In this document: positions 27,681-37,355 of the stretch, piece by piece
Layout: every line of letters starts with the position of its first letter
Numbering within the stretch: position 1 is the first letter of the stretch
Assembly: GCA_034667685.1 (NCBI GenBank)
Contig: JAXDQU010000122.1
Coordinates: 1 to 63,721, forward strand
Source of the DNA: Thermoplasmata archaeon
GTDB lineage: Archaea; Thermoplasmatota; SW-10-69-26; JACQPN01; JAJPHT01
Direction of reading: 5' to 3'
DNA: 63,721 nt
Program-made: the position numbers and the translations under genes
Notes under the pieces: generated by a model
Database searches by the model: none
The model's input: only the letters and a program-made list of their open reading frames with translations
Told to the model about the DNA's origin: nothing

Positions 27681-28937
27681 CTACGCCAGGATCTGCCAGA
27701 GGAGGTAGCCGTTGAACGCGAGGATGATGGCGGCGACGACCCAAGCCGCGAGCGCGACCCAGCGCGTGTTGGCATAGGCGCCCATGACGTTGCGCTTCGA
27801 GGTGAGCCAGATGAGCGGCACGACCGTGAACGGAAGCTGGAGCGAGAGGACGACCTGTGATAGCACGAGGATCGACGCGCTCGCCTGGCCCAGCCACCAA
27901 ATGGCGAGGATGGCGGGCACCATCGTGATGCCGCGGCGCAGCCAGAGGTTCATCCGGTAGCCGATGAAGCCCTCCATGATGCTCTGGCCGGCCAGCGTGC
28001 CGGTGACGCTGCTGGAGAGGCCCGCGGCCAGGAGCGCGATGGCGAAGGCGCCCGCGCTGGCGGCGCCCAGGAGCGGGCCCAGGGTCGCGTGCGCCTGGTC
28101 GATCTGCGTGATCCCGCCGCCGCGGAACGCCGAGGCGCTCATGATGAGCATCGCGGCGTTGACGAGGAACGCGATGTTCAGCGCGATGGCGAGGTCCACG
28201 AGGGCGAAGCGGTAGAGGCGCTTCCGCGCGGGCTCGTCGGGCGCGGCGGCGCGTCGGGCCTGCACGACGTGCGAGCCCAGGAAGATGTTGTGCGGCATCA
28301 CCGTGGCGCCGATCATGCCCACCGCGACGAGCACCGCGCCGGCGTCGGCGAATCCGGGCATGAAGCCGTGCCCGACCGCGGCCCAGTCGGGCTTCGCGAT
28401 GAGCACCTCGTAGAGGTATGCGAAGCCGACCACCGCCACGAGCGCGATGATGATCAGCTCGACGACGCGATGGCCGAAGCGGTGCAGGCCGAGGATCAGG
28501 AACACGAGCGCGCCGGTGAGCAGCGCGGCCCAGAGGAGCGGGATGTGCAGCAGCAGGTAGAAGCCGAACGCGGCGCCGAGGAACTCCGCGAGGTCGGTCG
28601 CCATCGCGGCGGCCTCCGCCGTCAGCCAGAGGCCGAGGCTCACCGGGCGCGGCGTGTTGTCGCGGATCGCGCGCGCCAGCGTCGTCCCGGTCGCGAGGCC
28701 GAGCTTCGCGCTGAGCGCTTGCAGCAGCAGCGCCATGACGTTCGAGAGCAGCAGCACCCAGAGCAGCGTGTAGCCGAACCGGCTGCCGCCCTCGATGTTG
28801 GTGGCCCAGTTGCCCGGGTCCATGTAGCCCACGCTGACGAGGAACGCGGGGCCCAGGAAGGGCACCGTCCGCCAGGCGCGCGCCCAGAAAGAGACCTTCG
28901 CCGGCGCGGCGCCCACCGTCACCTCGGGCGTGGCCAC
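27681..28937 (-). CDS. mntH: Nramp-family Mn2+/Fe2+ transporter
   Basis: YMDPGNW, DLAEFLG, GATVMPHN, TLAGQ. Confidence 0.95.
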   Translation of the reverse strand: MATPEVTVGAAPAKVSFWARAWRTVPFLGPAFLVSVGYMDPGNWATNIEGGSRFGYTLLWVLLLSNVMALLLQALSAKLGLATGTTLARAIRDNTPRPVSLGLWLTAEAAAMATDLAEFLGAAFGFYLLLHIPLLWAALLTGALVFLILGLHRFGHRVVELIIIALVAVVGFAYLYEVLIAKPDWAAVGHGFMPGFADAGAVLVAVGMIGATVMPHNIFLGSHVVQARRAAAPDEPARKRLYRFALVDLAIALNIAFLVNAAMLIMSASAFRGGGITQIDQAHATLGPLLGAASAGAFAIALLAAGLSSSVTGTLAGQSIMEGFIGYRMNLWLRRGITMVPAILAIWWLGQASASILVLSQVVLSLQLPFTVVPLIWLTSKRNVMGAYANTRWVALAAWVVAAIILAFNGYLLWQILA

Positions 28938-28965
28938 ACCTGCCTGGAGTCACCCCTTTCCCATG

Positions 28966-28987
28966 AATGTTTCCTTAGTGCAACATT
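28966..28987. promoter_or_regulatory. Candidate metalloregulator (DtxR/MntR-type) operator in the mntH promoter
   Basis: AT-rich imperfect palindrome aatgtttccttagtgcaacatt, about 30-50 nt upstream of mntH. Confidence 0.55.
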
Positions 28988-29030
28988 TTTCGAGTCGGGC
29001 AATTCATGGACTGTTTGGGTTGCGCGGCCC

Positions 29031-29103
29031 CCTCCAGCCACAGAGGACACAGAGGGGCGAGAAAAGCCGCCTCTGTGTCCTCCGTGTCCTCTGTGGCTGG
29101 AGG
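29031..29103. repeat. Iterated palindrome family H (CACAGAGGA 9-nt units)
   Basis: cctccagccacagaggacacagagg ... cctctgtgtcctccgtgtcctctgtggctggagg. Confidence 0.8.
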
Positions 29104-29156
29104 CGAGAGCGAGACCTGCCAAACGTTGAAGCCGCGCCGGCCGGCTCCCGGCGCCG

Positions 29157-30569
29157 ATGCTCCAGGTCACGAACACCCTCACCGGGAAGAAGGAGCCCTT
29201 CGCGCCGCTCCAGCCGCCCCAGGTGCGGATGTACGTGTGCGGCCTGACGCCCTACGAAGAGGCGCACATCGGCCACGCCCGCGCCTACGTGGCCTACGAC
29301 GTGATGAAGCGCTACCTCGCGCACAAGGGGCTCGCGGTGCAGCACATCCAGAACATCACCGACGTGGACGACCGCATCCTCGCGCGCGCCCACGAGCGGG
29401 GCGAGCAGCCCCTCGCCTACGCCGAGCGCATCCACAACGTGTCGCTGGAGGCGTTCGACAAGCTGCGCATCCGCCGCGCGCAGAGCTACCCCAAGGTGAG
29501 CGAGCACATCGCCGGGATCGTCGCCATGACCGAGGCGCTCATCGCGCGCCACCACGCCTACGCCGGCAAGGACGAGCACGGCACCTCGGTCTACTTCAGC
29601 GTGGAGAGCGACCCCGACTACGGAAAGCTATCACACCTGAACCGCGACGAGCTGCTCCAGGGCGTGCGCAAGGACGTCGCGGAGGGCAAGCGCCACCCGG
29701 CCGACTTCGCGCTCTGGAAGGCCACGAAGCCCAACGAGGGCGTCTCGTGGGACTCGCCCTGGGGCCGCGGCCGCCCAGGCTGGCACATCGAATGCAGCGT
29801 GATGGCGAAGTCGCTCCTGGGCGAGACGCTGGACATCCACGGCGGCGGCTGGGACCTCATCTTCCCGCACCACGAGAACGAGCTCGCGCAATCCGAGTCC
29901 GCCAACGGCAAGCCGTTCGTGAAGTACTGGCTGCACGTCGGCTTCCTCACCGTCGAGGGCGTGAAGATGAGCAAGTCGCTCGGGAACTTCACGACCCTGA
30001 ACGCGGCGCTCGCCGAGTGGAAGCCCGAGGCGCTGCGGCTCTGGTTCGCGGGCACGCACTACCGCAGCCCCATCGACTACAGCCTCGCGGCGCTGGGCCA
30101 GGCCGCGAAGAACATCGAGCGCTTCACCAACATGCTGCACAACGCGCGCAGCGCCAAGACGCGGGACAACGAGGCGCCCCACGATGCCGAGTTCCTCGCC
30201 CTCGTGGCGAAGCGCGCCGCCGAGTTCGACGCCGCGATGGACGACGACCTCAACACGCCCAAGGCGCTCGCCACGCTCTTCGACCTGGCCTCTGACATCA
30301 ACAAGTACGTCTCCGCCGGGCCGCAGAAGGCCGCGCTCGACAAGGGGCTCGCGACGTTCCACAAGATGGAGCAGATCTTCGACGTCCTGCCCGCCGCCGA
30401 GGAGGCCGTCGAGGACGCCGCGCCGCTGCTCGACCTCCTGCTGGAGCTTCGGCAGGACGCCCGCAAGCGCAAGGACTTCGCGCAGAGCGACCGCATCCGC
30501 GACCGCCTCGCCGAGCTTGGCTACGTCATCGAGGACAGCGCCAACGGGCCGCGGTGGAGAAAGAAGTAG
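29157..30569 (+). CDS. cysS: Cysteinyl-tRNA synthetase
   Basis: MYVCG, HIGH, DFALWK, GRPGWHIECS, FPHHENE, KMSKSLGN. Confidence 0.97.
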   Translation: MLQVTNTLTGKKEPFAPLQPPQVRMYVCGLTPYEEAHIGHARAYVAYDVMKRYLAHKGLAVQHIQNITDVDDRILARAHERGEQPLAYAERIHNVSLEAFDKLRIRRAQSYPKVSEHIAGIVAMTEALIARHHAYAGKDEHGTSVYFSVESDPDYGKLSHLNRDELLQGVRKDVAEGKRHPADFALWKATKPNEGVSWDSPWGRGRPGWHIECSVMAKSLLGETLDIHGGGWDLIFPHHENELAQSESANGKPFVKYWLHVGFLTVEGVKMSKSLGNFTTLNAALAEWKPEALRLWFAGTHYRSPIDYSLAALGQAAKNIERFTNMLHNARSAKTRDNEAPHDAEFLALVAKRAAEFDAAMDDDLNTPKALATLFDLASDINKYVSAGPQKAALDKGLATFHKMEQIFDVLPAAEEAVEDAAPLLDLLLELRQDARKRKDFAQSDRIRDRLAELGYVIEDSANGPRWRKK

Positions 30570-31529
30570 ATGCGGCTCGCTGCGCTGGCCTTCGCCCTCG
30601 TGCTGCTCGCGCCTTCGGCCCTGGCGCACGTGCCGCACGACCGCGCCTACGTGCAGGCCAGCGAGGCGCAGCGCGTCGACCAGGTCGTGATGAACGGCAC
30701 GACGGCGACGGTCACGCTCCTTGATGGCGCGGACCGGCTGCGCCACCTCGTCACGCACGTGATCACGCCCTCGCGCATGAGCTTCGACGTCGAGGAGCGC
30801 GACGACCCGCCCGTCGCCGACAAGAATTCGATCCACACGCGCATCGAGCTGACGCGCCTCGTGCTTTACCACGACGCGAACCAGAACGGCGCCTGGGATC
30901 CCGACGGCGACGGCCTGCTGCGCGCGTGGCGCTTCTCCAACTACCAGTGGCGCGCGAGCGCCGTGCGCCAGGTCTCGGTGGGCGGCCTCACGGGCGTCGA
31001 CGACGTGCTCTGGAACGGCACGCTCGGGGGCGGGCCCAACGTCTCGCTGGAGATGGCGATCCCCGACCAGGCGGCCAACGACGTGGGCGCCAAGGCGCGC
31101 GCGCAGGACGTGTTCCTCTATCTCACCTTCACCGGATTCCCGCCGCGCCCCGGCGGCTCGCTCTACGCCATCGAAGGCACCCTCCTGATGCCCGCGGGCG
31201 CCACGAACGCGCGCGAGGAGCTGGACAACCTCACGCTCGCGGTGCACGCGGACCTCGGCAACCGCAGGACCTACCTCGACTGGGGCGGCACGGCCATCGT
31301 CGACCGCGGCGAGCACAACGTCACGTTCGCCAACGACCCCGCGCAGCCCGACGCCGCGCTGGGCCAGGCCGTCCCGCTGCGCTGGAGCCTGCCGCTGACG
31401 GACCACGGCGCCAACTTCGAGTTCGTGAGCGCGGTGGAATACACGCAGCCGCGGCCGAGCCCTGATGTCACGATGCCCGTGGCGGCGGTCGGGCTCCTCT
31501 GCGTCGCGCTGCTGCGGCGCATGCGGTGA
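30570..31529 (+). CDS. Secreted beta-rich protein with C-terminal TM + basic tail (sorting-signal-like)
   Basis: Signal peptide; DANQNGAWD Ca-binding-like loop; PSPDVTMPVAAVGLLCVALLRRMR. Confidence 0.8.
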   Translation: MRLAALAFALVLLAPSALAHVPHDRAYVQASEAQRVDQVVMNGTTATVTLLDGADRLRHLVTHVITPSRMSFDVEERDDPPVADKNSIHTRIELTRLVLYHDANQNGAWDPDGDGLLRAWRFSNYQWRASAVRQVSVGGLTGVDDVLWNGTLGGGPNVSLEMAIPDQAANDVGAKARAQDVFLYLTFTGFPPRPGGSLYAIEGTLLMPAGATNAREELDNLTLAVHADLGNRRTYLDWGGTAIVDRGEHNVTFANDPAQPDAALGQAVPLRWSLPLTDHGANFEFVSAVEYTQPRPSPDVTMPVAAVGLLCVALLRRMR

Positions 31530-31572
31530 GGATCGCTCCGACGCCTCGTCATGTTGGCTTGCGCCGCCTCCG

Positions 31573-31656
31573 GCGGGAAGCATCCCGAATCACGAAGACC
31601 CGAATCACGACGAGAAGAGGCGGGATTCGGATCTTCGTGATTCGGGATGCTCCCGC
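31573..31656. repeat. Iterated palindrome family I (CCCGAAT/CACGAAG units)
   Basis: gcatcccgaatcacgaagacccgaatc ... gattcggatcttcgtgattcgggatgc; between convergent genes. Confidence 0.8.
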
Positions 31657-31704
31657 GCGGAGCGCGCCCACGACCCCCAACACCGTCGTGGTTCCCGCGC
31701 CGCG

Positions 31705-33072
31705 TCACGCCGTCCGGATGATCTCGCGGATCTCCGCCAGCGACTTCAAGGCAAGCGCCTCGGCCTGCTCGGGCGTCTTGCTCTCGGCGTAGACGCGGAA
31801 GATCGGCTCGGTGCCGCTGGGTCGCACGAGGACCCAGCCCTCGCTCGTGTAGACCTTGACGCCATCGGTCGTGTCGACGCGGTCCTTGGCGTGCGCCTTG
31901 GCAAAGCCGTCGAGCGCCTTCTGCTTCCTCTCGTTGGGGCACTCGACCTTCTTCTTCACCGACGCGGCGGTCGGAAGCTCGGCGAGCAGCGCGCTGAAGG
32001 ATTTTCCGCTGCTGGCGAGGAGCTCGAGGACCTTGGCGAGCGTCATGGAGGCGTCTCGGCAGTGCTGGAACTCGGGCCAGATGATGCCGCCGTTCTCCTC
32101 GCCGCCGACGACCGCGCCGTGGTCCATCATGTAACGCGCGACGATCGGCGCTCCGACCTTCGTGTAGGCGACCTTGCCGCCCTTGGCCTTGACGTGCTCC
32201 TCGATGATGCCGCTGCTGGAGACGGGCGTCACCACCAGGCCGCCCTTCTTCTGCGACACAACGAAGCCGGCCATGAGCGCGAGCGTGCGGTTGCCGTCGA
32301 CGTAGGCGCCCTTCTCGTCGATGAAGACGCAGCGGTCCGCGTCGCCGTCCTGCACGACGCCCAGGCTCGCGCCGAACGCGCGCGTGGCGGCGACGAGGTC
32401 CTTCACGTTCTCGGGCGTGGGCTCGCTGGGGTGGCCGGGGAACGTGCCGTCGGGCTGCGCGTTCATCGTCACGACGTGCACGCCGAGCTTGCGCAGCAGG
32501 TAGGGCGCGGTGTGGCTGCCGGCGCCGTTCGACGTGTCGAGCACGACGGTGAGCTTCGCGCGGCGGATCGCCTCGTGGTCGACCTTGCCGAGGATCGCGT
32601 CGACGTAGGCGTTGTTCACGCCGGGCTGGTAGTGGCCCTGGCCGATGTCGCTCCACGGGACGCTGCGGAACTTGTCGGCGAAGAAGAGCGCCTCGATCGC
32701 GTCCTCCTTGTCGGAGCGCATTTCCGTGCCGTCGGGATCGATGAACTTGATGCCGTTGAACTCGGGCGGGTTGTGCGAGGCCGTGACGACCGCGCCGGCG
32801 GCGTAGCGCCCCTTGCCGGTCTTCACCGCGTACTGGAGCGCGGGGGTCGTGACCTCGCCCGCGTCGTGCACGTGGACGCCCGCGCTCTGGAGGCCCGCCG
32901 AGAGGCTGGCCACGAGCATCGGGCCGGAGGTGCGCGTGTCGCGGCCCACGAGCACGGTGTCGCCCTTCTGGAGGAAGGAGCCGAGGCTGCGCCCCAGCTT
33001 GAGCGCCAGCTCCGCGTTCATGTCCTGGTTGGCGAAGCCGCGCACGCCGTTGGTCCCGAAGAGCTTGCCCAT
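31705..33072 (-). CDS. glmM: Phosphoglucosamine mutase / phosphomannomutase
   Basis: FGTNGVRG, TASHNP, DGDADR, GGEENGG, RPSGTEP. Confidence 0.9.
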   Translation of the reverse strand: MGKLFGTNGVRGFANQDMNAELALKLGRSLGSFLQKGDTVLVGRDTRTSGPMLVASLSAGLQSAGVHVHDAGEVTTPALQYAVKTGKGRYAAGAVVTASHNPPEFNGIKFIDPDGTEMRSDKEDAIEALFFADKFRSVPWSDIGQGHYQPGVNNAYVDAILGKVDHEAIRRAKLTVVLDTSNGAGSHTAPYLLRKLGVHVVTMNAQPDGTFPGHPSEPTPENVKDLVAATRAFGASLGVVQDGDADRCVFIDEKGAYVDGNRTLALMAGFVVSQKKGGLVVTPVSSSGIIEEHVKAKGGKVAYTKVGAPIVARYMMDHGAVVGGEENGGIIWPEFQHCRDASMTLAKVLELLASSGKSFSALLAELPTAASVKKKVECPNERKQKALDGFAKAHAKDRVDTTDGVKVYTSEGWVLVRPSGTEPIFRVYAESKTPEQAEALALKSLAEIREIIRTA

Positions 33073-33084
33073 GATATCATCTCG

Positions 33085-34071
33085 CTACGGAGCTGGATCG
33101 ACCTTGACGTTCTTGAGGAGGACGCCCTTCTCGACGCGCGCGCCCTGGCCCACGACGCAATCCACGAGCGCCACGTCGTCCTCGATGCGCGCGTCGGGCC
33201 CCACGATGGAGTCGCGGATGGTGACGTTCTCGCCCACGGTCACGCCATCGAGCACCACGCTGCGCGCGATCGTCGCGGTGGGGGCGATGCGGCAGCGCGC
33301 GCCCACGACGGCCCACTCGTCGTACGCGGGCTTCGCGGGCGTCGTGCCGGGCCCCACGAGCAGGTCGCGGCGCTCGGCCTGGAGCAGCGCGCGGTTCGCG
33401 GCGAGGTACGTGTCGGGCCGGCCCGCGTCCACCCAGAAGCCGTGGAACGGGAAGCCGAAGAGCTTGCGCCCGGCCCCGAGCATGGCGGGGAACGTCTCGC
33501 GCTCGACGCTGACGGCGCGCCCCGCCGGGATGAAGTCGAAGACCTCGGGCTCCAGGAGGTACGTGCCCGCGTTGGCGAGCGGGCTGGGCGCCTCCTCGCG
33601 CGTGGCGGGCTTCTCGACGAAGCGGACGATGCGCTCGCCCTGCATCTCCATCACGCCGAAGTGGCGCGGGTCCTCGACCTCCCAGAGCGCGAGCGTGCCC
33701 ACGCCGCCCCGGTGCTGGTGGAAGCGGCGCATCTCGACGAGGTCGAGCGAGTCGAGGATGTCGCCGTTGAAGACGAAGAAGGGGCCGTCGATCTCGCGCT
33801 CGACGTTCTTGATCGCGCCCGCGGTGCCCAGCGGATCCCTCTCCTCGACGAGGACGACCTCGCGGCCCAGGTCGCGCTTCGCGAAGTGGTCGCGCAGCAT
33901 CTCGAGCTTGTAGTTGACCGCGAGCACGACCTTGTCGACGTCGTCGGGCAGCTTCGCCACGATCCGCTCGATGATGGGGACGTTCGCGACCGGCAGCAAG
34001 GGCTTCGGGATCGTGAGCGTCAGCGGACGCAGACGGGTCCCAAAACCACCGGCGAGAATGACGGCCTGCAA
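33085..34071 (-). CDS. NDP-sugar pyrophosphorylase (mannose-1-phosphate guanylyltransferase-like)
   Basis: LAGGFGTRLRPLT..PKPL, PLGTAGA, NGD, EKP, C-terminal hexapeptide repeats. Confidence 0.93.
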   Translation of the reverse strand: MQAVILAGGFGTRLRPLTLTIPKPLLPVANVPIIERIVAKLPDDVDKVVLAVNYKLEMLRDHFAKRDLGREVVLVEERDPLGTAGAIKNVEREIDGPFFVFNGDILDSLDLVEMRRFHQHRGGVGTLALWEVEDPRHFGVMEMQGERIVRFVEKPATREEAPSPLANAGTYLLEPEVFDFIPAGRAVSVERETFPAMLGAGRKLFGFPFHGFWVDAGRPDTYLAANRALLQAERRDLLVGPGTTPAKPAYDEWAVVGARCRIAPTATIARSVVLDGVTVGENVTIRDSIVGPDARIEDDVALVDCVVGQGARVEKGVLLKNVKVDPAP

Positions 34072-34128
34072 GCGGGTCCCGCGCTCATCTGGCGCGGGCG
34101 ATTAAGACTTTCTGGGTTGAAGGGAAAA

Positions 34129-34560
34129 TCACGCGTGCTGCCGCGCGGTCCAGGCGTCCTTGGGCAGGCTCGCGTAGACGTCCTCTTCCGCGTCCAGGAT
34201 CGGGATGCTGCGGGCGGTCGCCAGCGCGTCGTCGCGGATGCGCCACCAGAAGCCGCGGCGCTTCTCGCCGTTCTCCCAGACGTACTCCTCGCGCCGGAAG
34301 CTGAGGATCTTCTTGGCCTCCAGCGTGTAGAAGATGCTGCGCACCGAGGGGTCGAGCGTCTCGTCGTTGACCTCGGCGGCCGCGCCGAACTGCTCGACGA
34401 CGACGTGCGCGATCTCGGCCGCGTCGTCCGTCGCCATGTCGAACCGGTCCTCGAGCGCCTTCGCCAGGACTCCCGCGCGCTCCTCGTCCACGACGAGGTC
34501 GGTCCGGGGAGCGTACGTCTCGTCGTTCGCGTCGTCCACCATCGGGTTCACCTGGAACAC
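34129..34560 (-). CDS. DUF6015-like / TFE-alpha-like winged-helix protein, copy 1
   Basis: EVNDETLDPSVRSIFYTLEAKKILSFRR...GFWWRI; close paralog of the neighbouring gene; start uncertain. Confidence 0.75.
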   Translation of the reverse strand: MFQVNPMVDDANDETYAPRTDLVVDEERAGVLAKALEDRFDMATDDAAEIAHVVVEQFGAAAEVNDETLDPSVRSIFYTLEAKKILSFRREEYVWENGEKRRGFWWRIRDDALATARSIPILDAEEDVYASLPKDAWTARQHA

Positions 34561-34679
34561 CTGCCCCTATGCGGCGGGGGATGCCACTTGTTGAACGGAC
34601 GTGCGCCAAGCGGCAGGCGAGAAGCGGTCCCCGGGGGGTACCTACTTTCTCGGACGAACTGCGATGCGATGTAGGACGG

Positions 34680-34753
34680 CGGGGCTCTGGACTCAGGGCT
34701 CGGGGCTCAGGGCTCCGGAGCCTTGAGCCCTGAGTCCAGAGCCCGGAGCCCCG
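34680..34753. repeat. Iterated palindrome family A (GGGCTCN 7-nt units)
   Basis: ggggctctggactcagggctcggggctcagggctccggagccttgagccctgagtccagagcccggagcccc; centre gctccggagc. Confidence 0.85.
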
Positions 34754-34767
34754 AAAAAGAGGGGGTT

Positions 34768-35121
34768 CTACCCGGCGTGACGCCAGGCGGTCGAGGGCAG
34801 GGTGGCGTAGACGTCTGCGTCCATGTCCTGGACGGGGACGGTCACGACCTCGTGGAGCGCCTCGGGGCGCAGCTTCCAGAAGAAGGCGCGGCGCTTGTCG
34901 CCGTCCTCGCGCGTGTACTCGACGCGCCGGAAGCTGAGCATCTTCTTGGCTTCGAGCGTGTAGAACACGCTGCGGACCTCGGCATCCAGGGTGGAGTCGT
35001 CCACCTCGTCGGTCTGCGCGAAGCGATCCAGGACCACGTCGGCCAGCTCGCGGGCCTCCTCAGGCGCCATCTCGAACTCGCGCTCGAGGGCGTGCTGGAA
35101 GGCCATGGGGTCGAGCGACAT
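34768..35121 (-). CDS. DUF6015-like / TFE-alpha-like winged-helix protein, copy 2
   Basis: EVDDSTLDAEVRSVFYTLEAKKMLSFRR...AFFWKL; C-terminal DVYATLP..AW shared with copy 1. Confidence 0.8.
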   Translation of the reverse strand: MSLDPMAFQHALEREFEMAPEEARELADVVLDRFAQTDEVDDSTLDAEVRSVFYTLEAKKMLSFRRVEYTREDGDKRRAFFWKLRPEALHEVVTVPVQDMDADVYATLPSTAWRHAG

Positions 35122-35285
35122 CAGGCGCTCCCCTCCAGGCGCGACCAGGCGGCGCGGACGAGGACCGCGAAGTGCCAACCCACGTGCGGGCCGTTGAGGC
35201 TCGCGGCGGCCGGGATGAGGGCCGCGTGGGGCTGGAGCGTTCGAGGGGTCGTCTCGTCGTCGCGGGTGTGGGTCGTTCCTTCCAT
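35121..35285 (-). CDS. Small leader ORF (54 aa) coupled to the winged-helix gene
   Basis: MEGTTHTRDDETTPRTLQP...RLEGSA; TGATG overlap with the downstream start. Confidence 0.45.
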   Translation of the reverse strand: MEGTTHTRDDETTPRTLQPHAALIPAAASLNGPHVGWHFAVLVRAAWSRLEGSA

Positions 35286-35554
35286 TGTGGTCACTCGATT
35301 CCGGACCCGAAGCCCCTGGGCTTCGGAGCAGGCAAGCCTCTCCCCGGCTTGTCGGCCGATCACGCCCCACGAGCACCTTAAAGATTGTGACATGGGGTTG
35401 GACCGTTTACCGATCAAGTGTCGGGCACAGTTGATCTCTTTCGGACTTTTGCCGGCAATTGTGCGAAAATGTCGGTCGTGGCAACGGCCCGGCCGCCTGG
35501 AACCCGCCAGCCAGGCGCGCAAGGTACAAGGGGCGCCGTCGCCTCGCCAGCGCC

Positions 35555-35731
35555 GTGCCCGGGTTCCTGGCGGAGCGCTGCATGGACTGCGGCGGGTGCG
35601 TGGGTATCTGCCCGCACGACGCGCTCGACCTCTTCCAGGGCCGGATCACCGTGAGGGCGAGCTGCACAGAGTGCGACCTCTGCGTGCGGCTCTGTCCCGT
35701 GGATGCCTTCGTCAGCCTGCGGCCGGCGTAA
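35555..35731 (+). CDS. 2x[4Fe-4S] ferredoxin
   Basis: CMDCGGCVGICP and CTECDLCVRLCP. Confidence 0.9.
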   Translation: MPGFLAERCMDCGGCVGICPHDALDLFQGRITVRASCTECDLCVRLCPVDAFVSLRPA

Positions 35732-37268
35732 CACGCGCCACGCGCCGGGCCGCGCCGCGCCCCTCGTCGCGCACGAGCCCGCGCGCCTGCAACGCGCGCA
35801 GGTGATGGTTCAGCAGTTGACGCGAGACGCCCAGCCGCGCCGCCAGCTCGCGCGCGTCGACCCCGGCCCCGTCCTCGGGGAGCGAATCGTACAGCTCCCG
35901 GGCGAGCCCGAGCGGGATCGTGGCCGAGGCGCCCAGCGGCACCGCGCCGCGCGGGAAGACCAGCCGATATCGTCCCTGCCGCTCCTGGCGCAGGTACCCG
36001 GCGTCCTCGAGCATGCGCAGGTGGAACGTGAACGGCCCCCAGGCGGAGCCGAGGCGCCGCTGCAGCTCGCGCAGGTGGATGCCGGGCTCCGCGCGCACCG
36101 CGTCGAGAAGGACGCGGCGCTGCGGGTGCCGCCCGACCTCCTCGGGGCTCAGCCGCGTGTAGAGGAGCACCGCGACGCGCAGCGCCACGAGCGCGAGCCC
36201 CACGAGACCCACGGTGGCGGCGGCGACTGGCACCGCCGCGCTTCCGGCCGCGGGCTCCAGCCGCACGCTCTCCCCGCCGATCGTCACGTCGTCGATCCGG
36301 CCCGTGATATCATAGCCGTCGCGCGAGAGCGCGGTCTCGCCGGACTGGGGCAGGATCGCGAGCGCGCCCTGGACGCGGACCTCCTGCCCCTGGAAGGCTT
36401 GCGCCCCGGCCGCGCCCTCGGCCTCGCCCGTGGCGTCCTGCCAGAGCACGTCGTCGGCGCGCCACGTCATCTGGGGCGCCGCGAGGCCTGCGCTCGCCTG
36501 GAGGTGGAGGACGCCCGAGCCGATCGTGCCCACGAAGGTGAGCGACACGTCGTTGGCCTGCCCGGTGTGGAGCGGCGTGTCGAAGGTGCGCCCCGTCGTG
36601 ACGTTCGTCTCCTGCCCGGTCGCGTCGCGGAAGTCCGCGATGCCGCCCTTCAGGTAGAAGGTGAACGCGCCTTCGGGCGAGACGGTCGCGCCCGCGCCGG
36701 TGGGTTGCGAGGTGCCCGCGCCGGTCACGTCGCCCAGGAACGCCCAGCCCGCGGGCCAGCGGAACGGGGCGGAGTAGGCCTCCTGGGAAGGCAGGGGAGG
36801 CGCGTCGCCGGCCACGGGCCACGAGAAGTTGGCCGCCAGGCGGCTGGGCTTGTATGCGCCCGGGTCGAGCCCGAGCACGCGCGCCGTCCCGCCCGCGGAG
36901 CCGTCCAGCATCCAGCGCGACTCGACGCCCTCGATGGAGACGTTGAGGTCCGCGTGGCGCAGCGTGAGCGTCGTGTTCTGCGGCTTGCCACCCACGAGGG
37001 GGATGCCGGCCCCGTTGTCGACGACGTAAGGCGTGGCCGTGGAGATCGTGACGGTCCCGGTCACGTCGCGCAGGCGGATCTCGTCGAGGAGGGCGTGGCC
37101 GACGTCGTGCACGATGGCGCGCGGCGCCTCGACCGTCACGGGGCCCAGCGCCAGGGCGGCGCGCGGCGACGTCAGGTGGACCGATGCGGCCTGCGCGCCC
37201 CCGGCCAAGGCCAGGAGGAGCGCGAGCGCGAGGACGGGGCGCGTCAGCCTGATGCCTCCGGTCGCCAA
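35712..37268 (-). CDS. Membrane-anchored regulator: signal peptide, extracellular domain, TM, double winged-helix (COG3398-like)
   Basis: PVLALALLLALAGGAQA; TM; LYTRL...HPQRRVLLDAVRAEPGIHLREL...FHLRMLE; second HTH ARELAARLGVSRQLLNHHL; start uncertain. Confidence 0.8.
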   Translation of the reverse strand: MATGGIRLTRPVLALALLLALAGGAQAASVHLTSPRAALALGPVTVEAPRAIVHDVGHALLDEIRLRDVTGTVTISTATPYVVDNGAGIPLVGGKPQNTTLTLRHADLNVSIEGVESRWMLDGSAGGTARVLGLDPGAYKPSRLAANFSWPVAGDAPPLPSQEAYSAPFRWPAGWAFLGDVTGAGTSQPTGAGATVSPEGAFTFYLKGGIADFRDATGQETNVTTGRTFDTPLHTGQANDVSLTFVGTIGSGVLHLQASAGLAAPQMTWRADDVLWQDATGEAEGAAGAQAFQGQEVRVQGALAILPQSGETALSRDGYDITGRIDDVTIGGESVRLEPAAGSAAVPVAAATVGLVGLALVALRVAVLLYTRLSPEEVGRHPQRRVLLDAVRAEPGIHLRELQRRLGSAWGPFTFHLRMLEDAGYLRQERQGRYRLVFPRGAVPLGASATIPLGLARELYDSLPEDGAGVDARELAARLGVSRQLLNHHLRALQARGLVRDEGRGAARRVARVTPAAG

Positions 37269-37355
37269 GCTGCGCAACCGCCTCGAAAACCTTTGGGGTG
37301 CAATCGCTTTCGGGACAAGAGAATCCTTATCGCCGCCTGGGGCGTCGTCCGGCCC

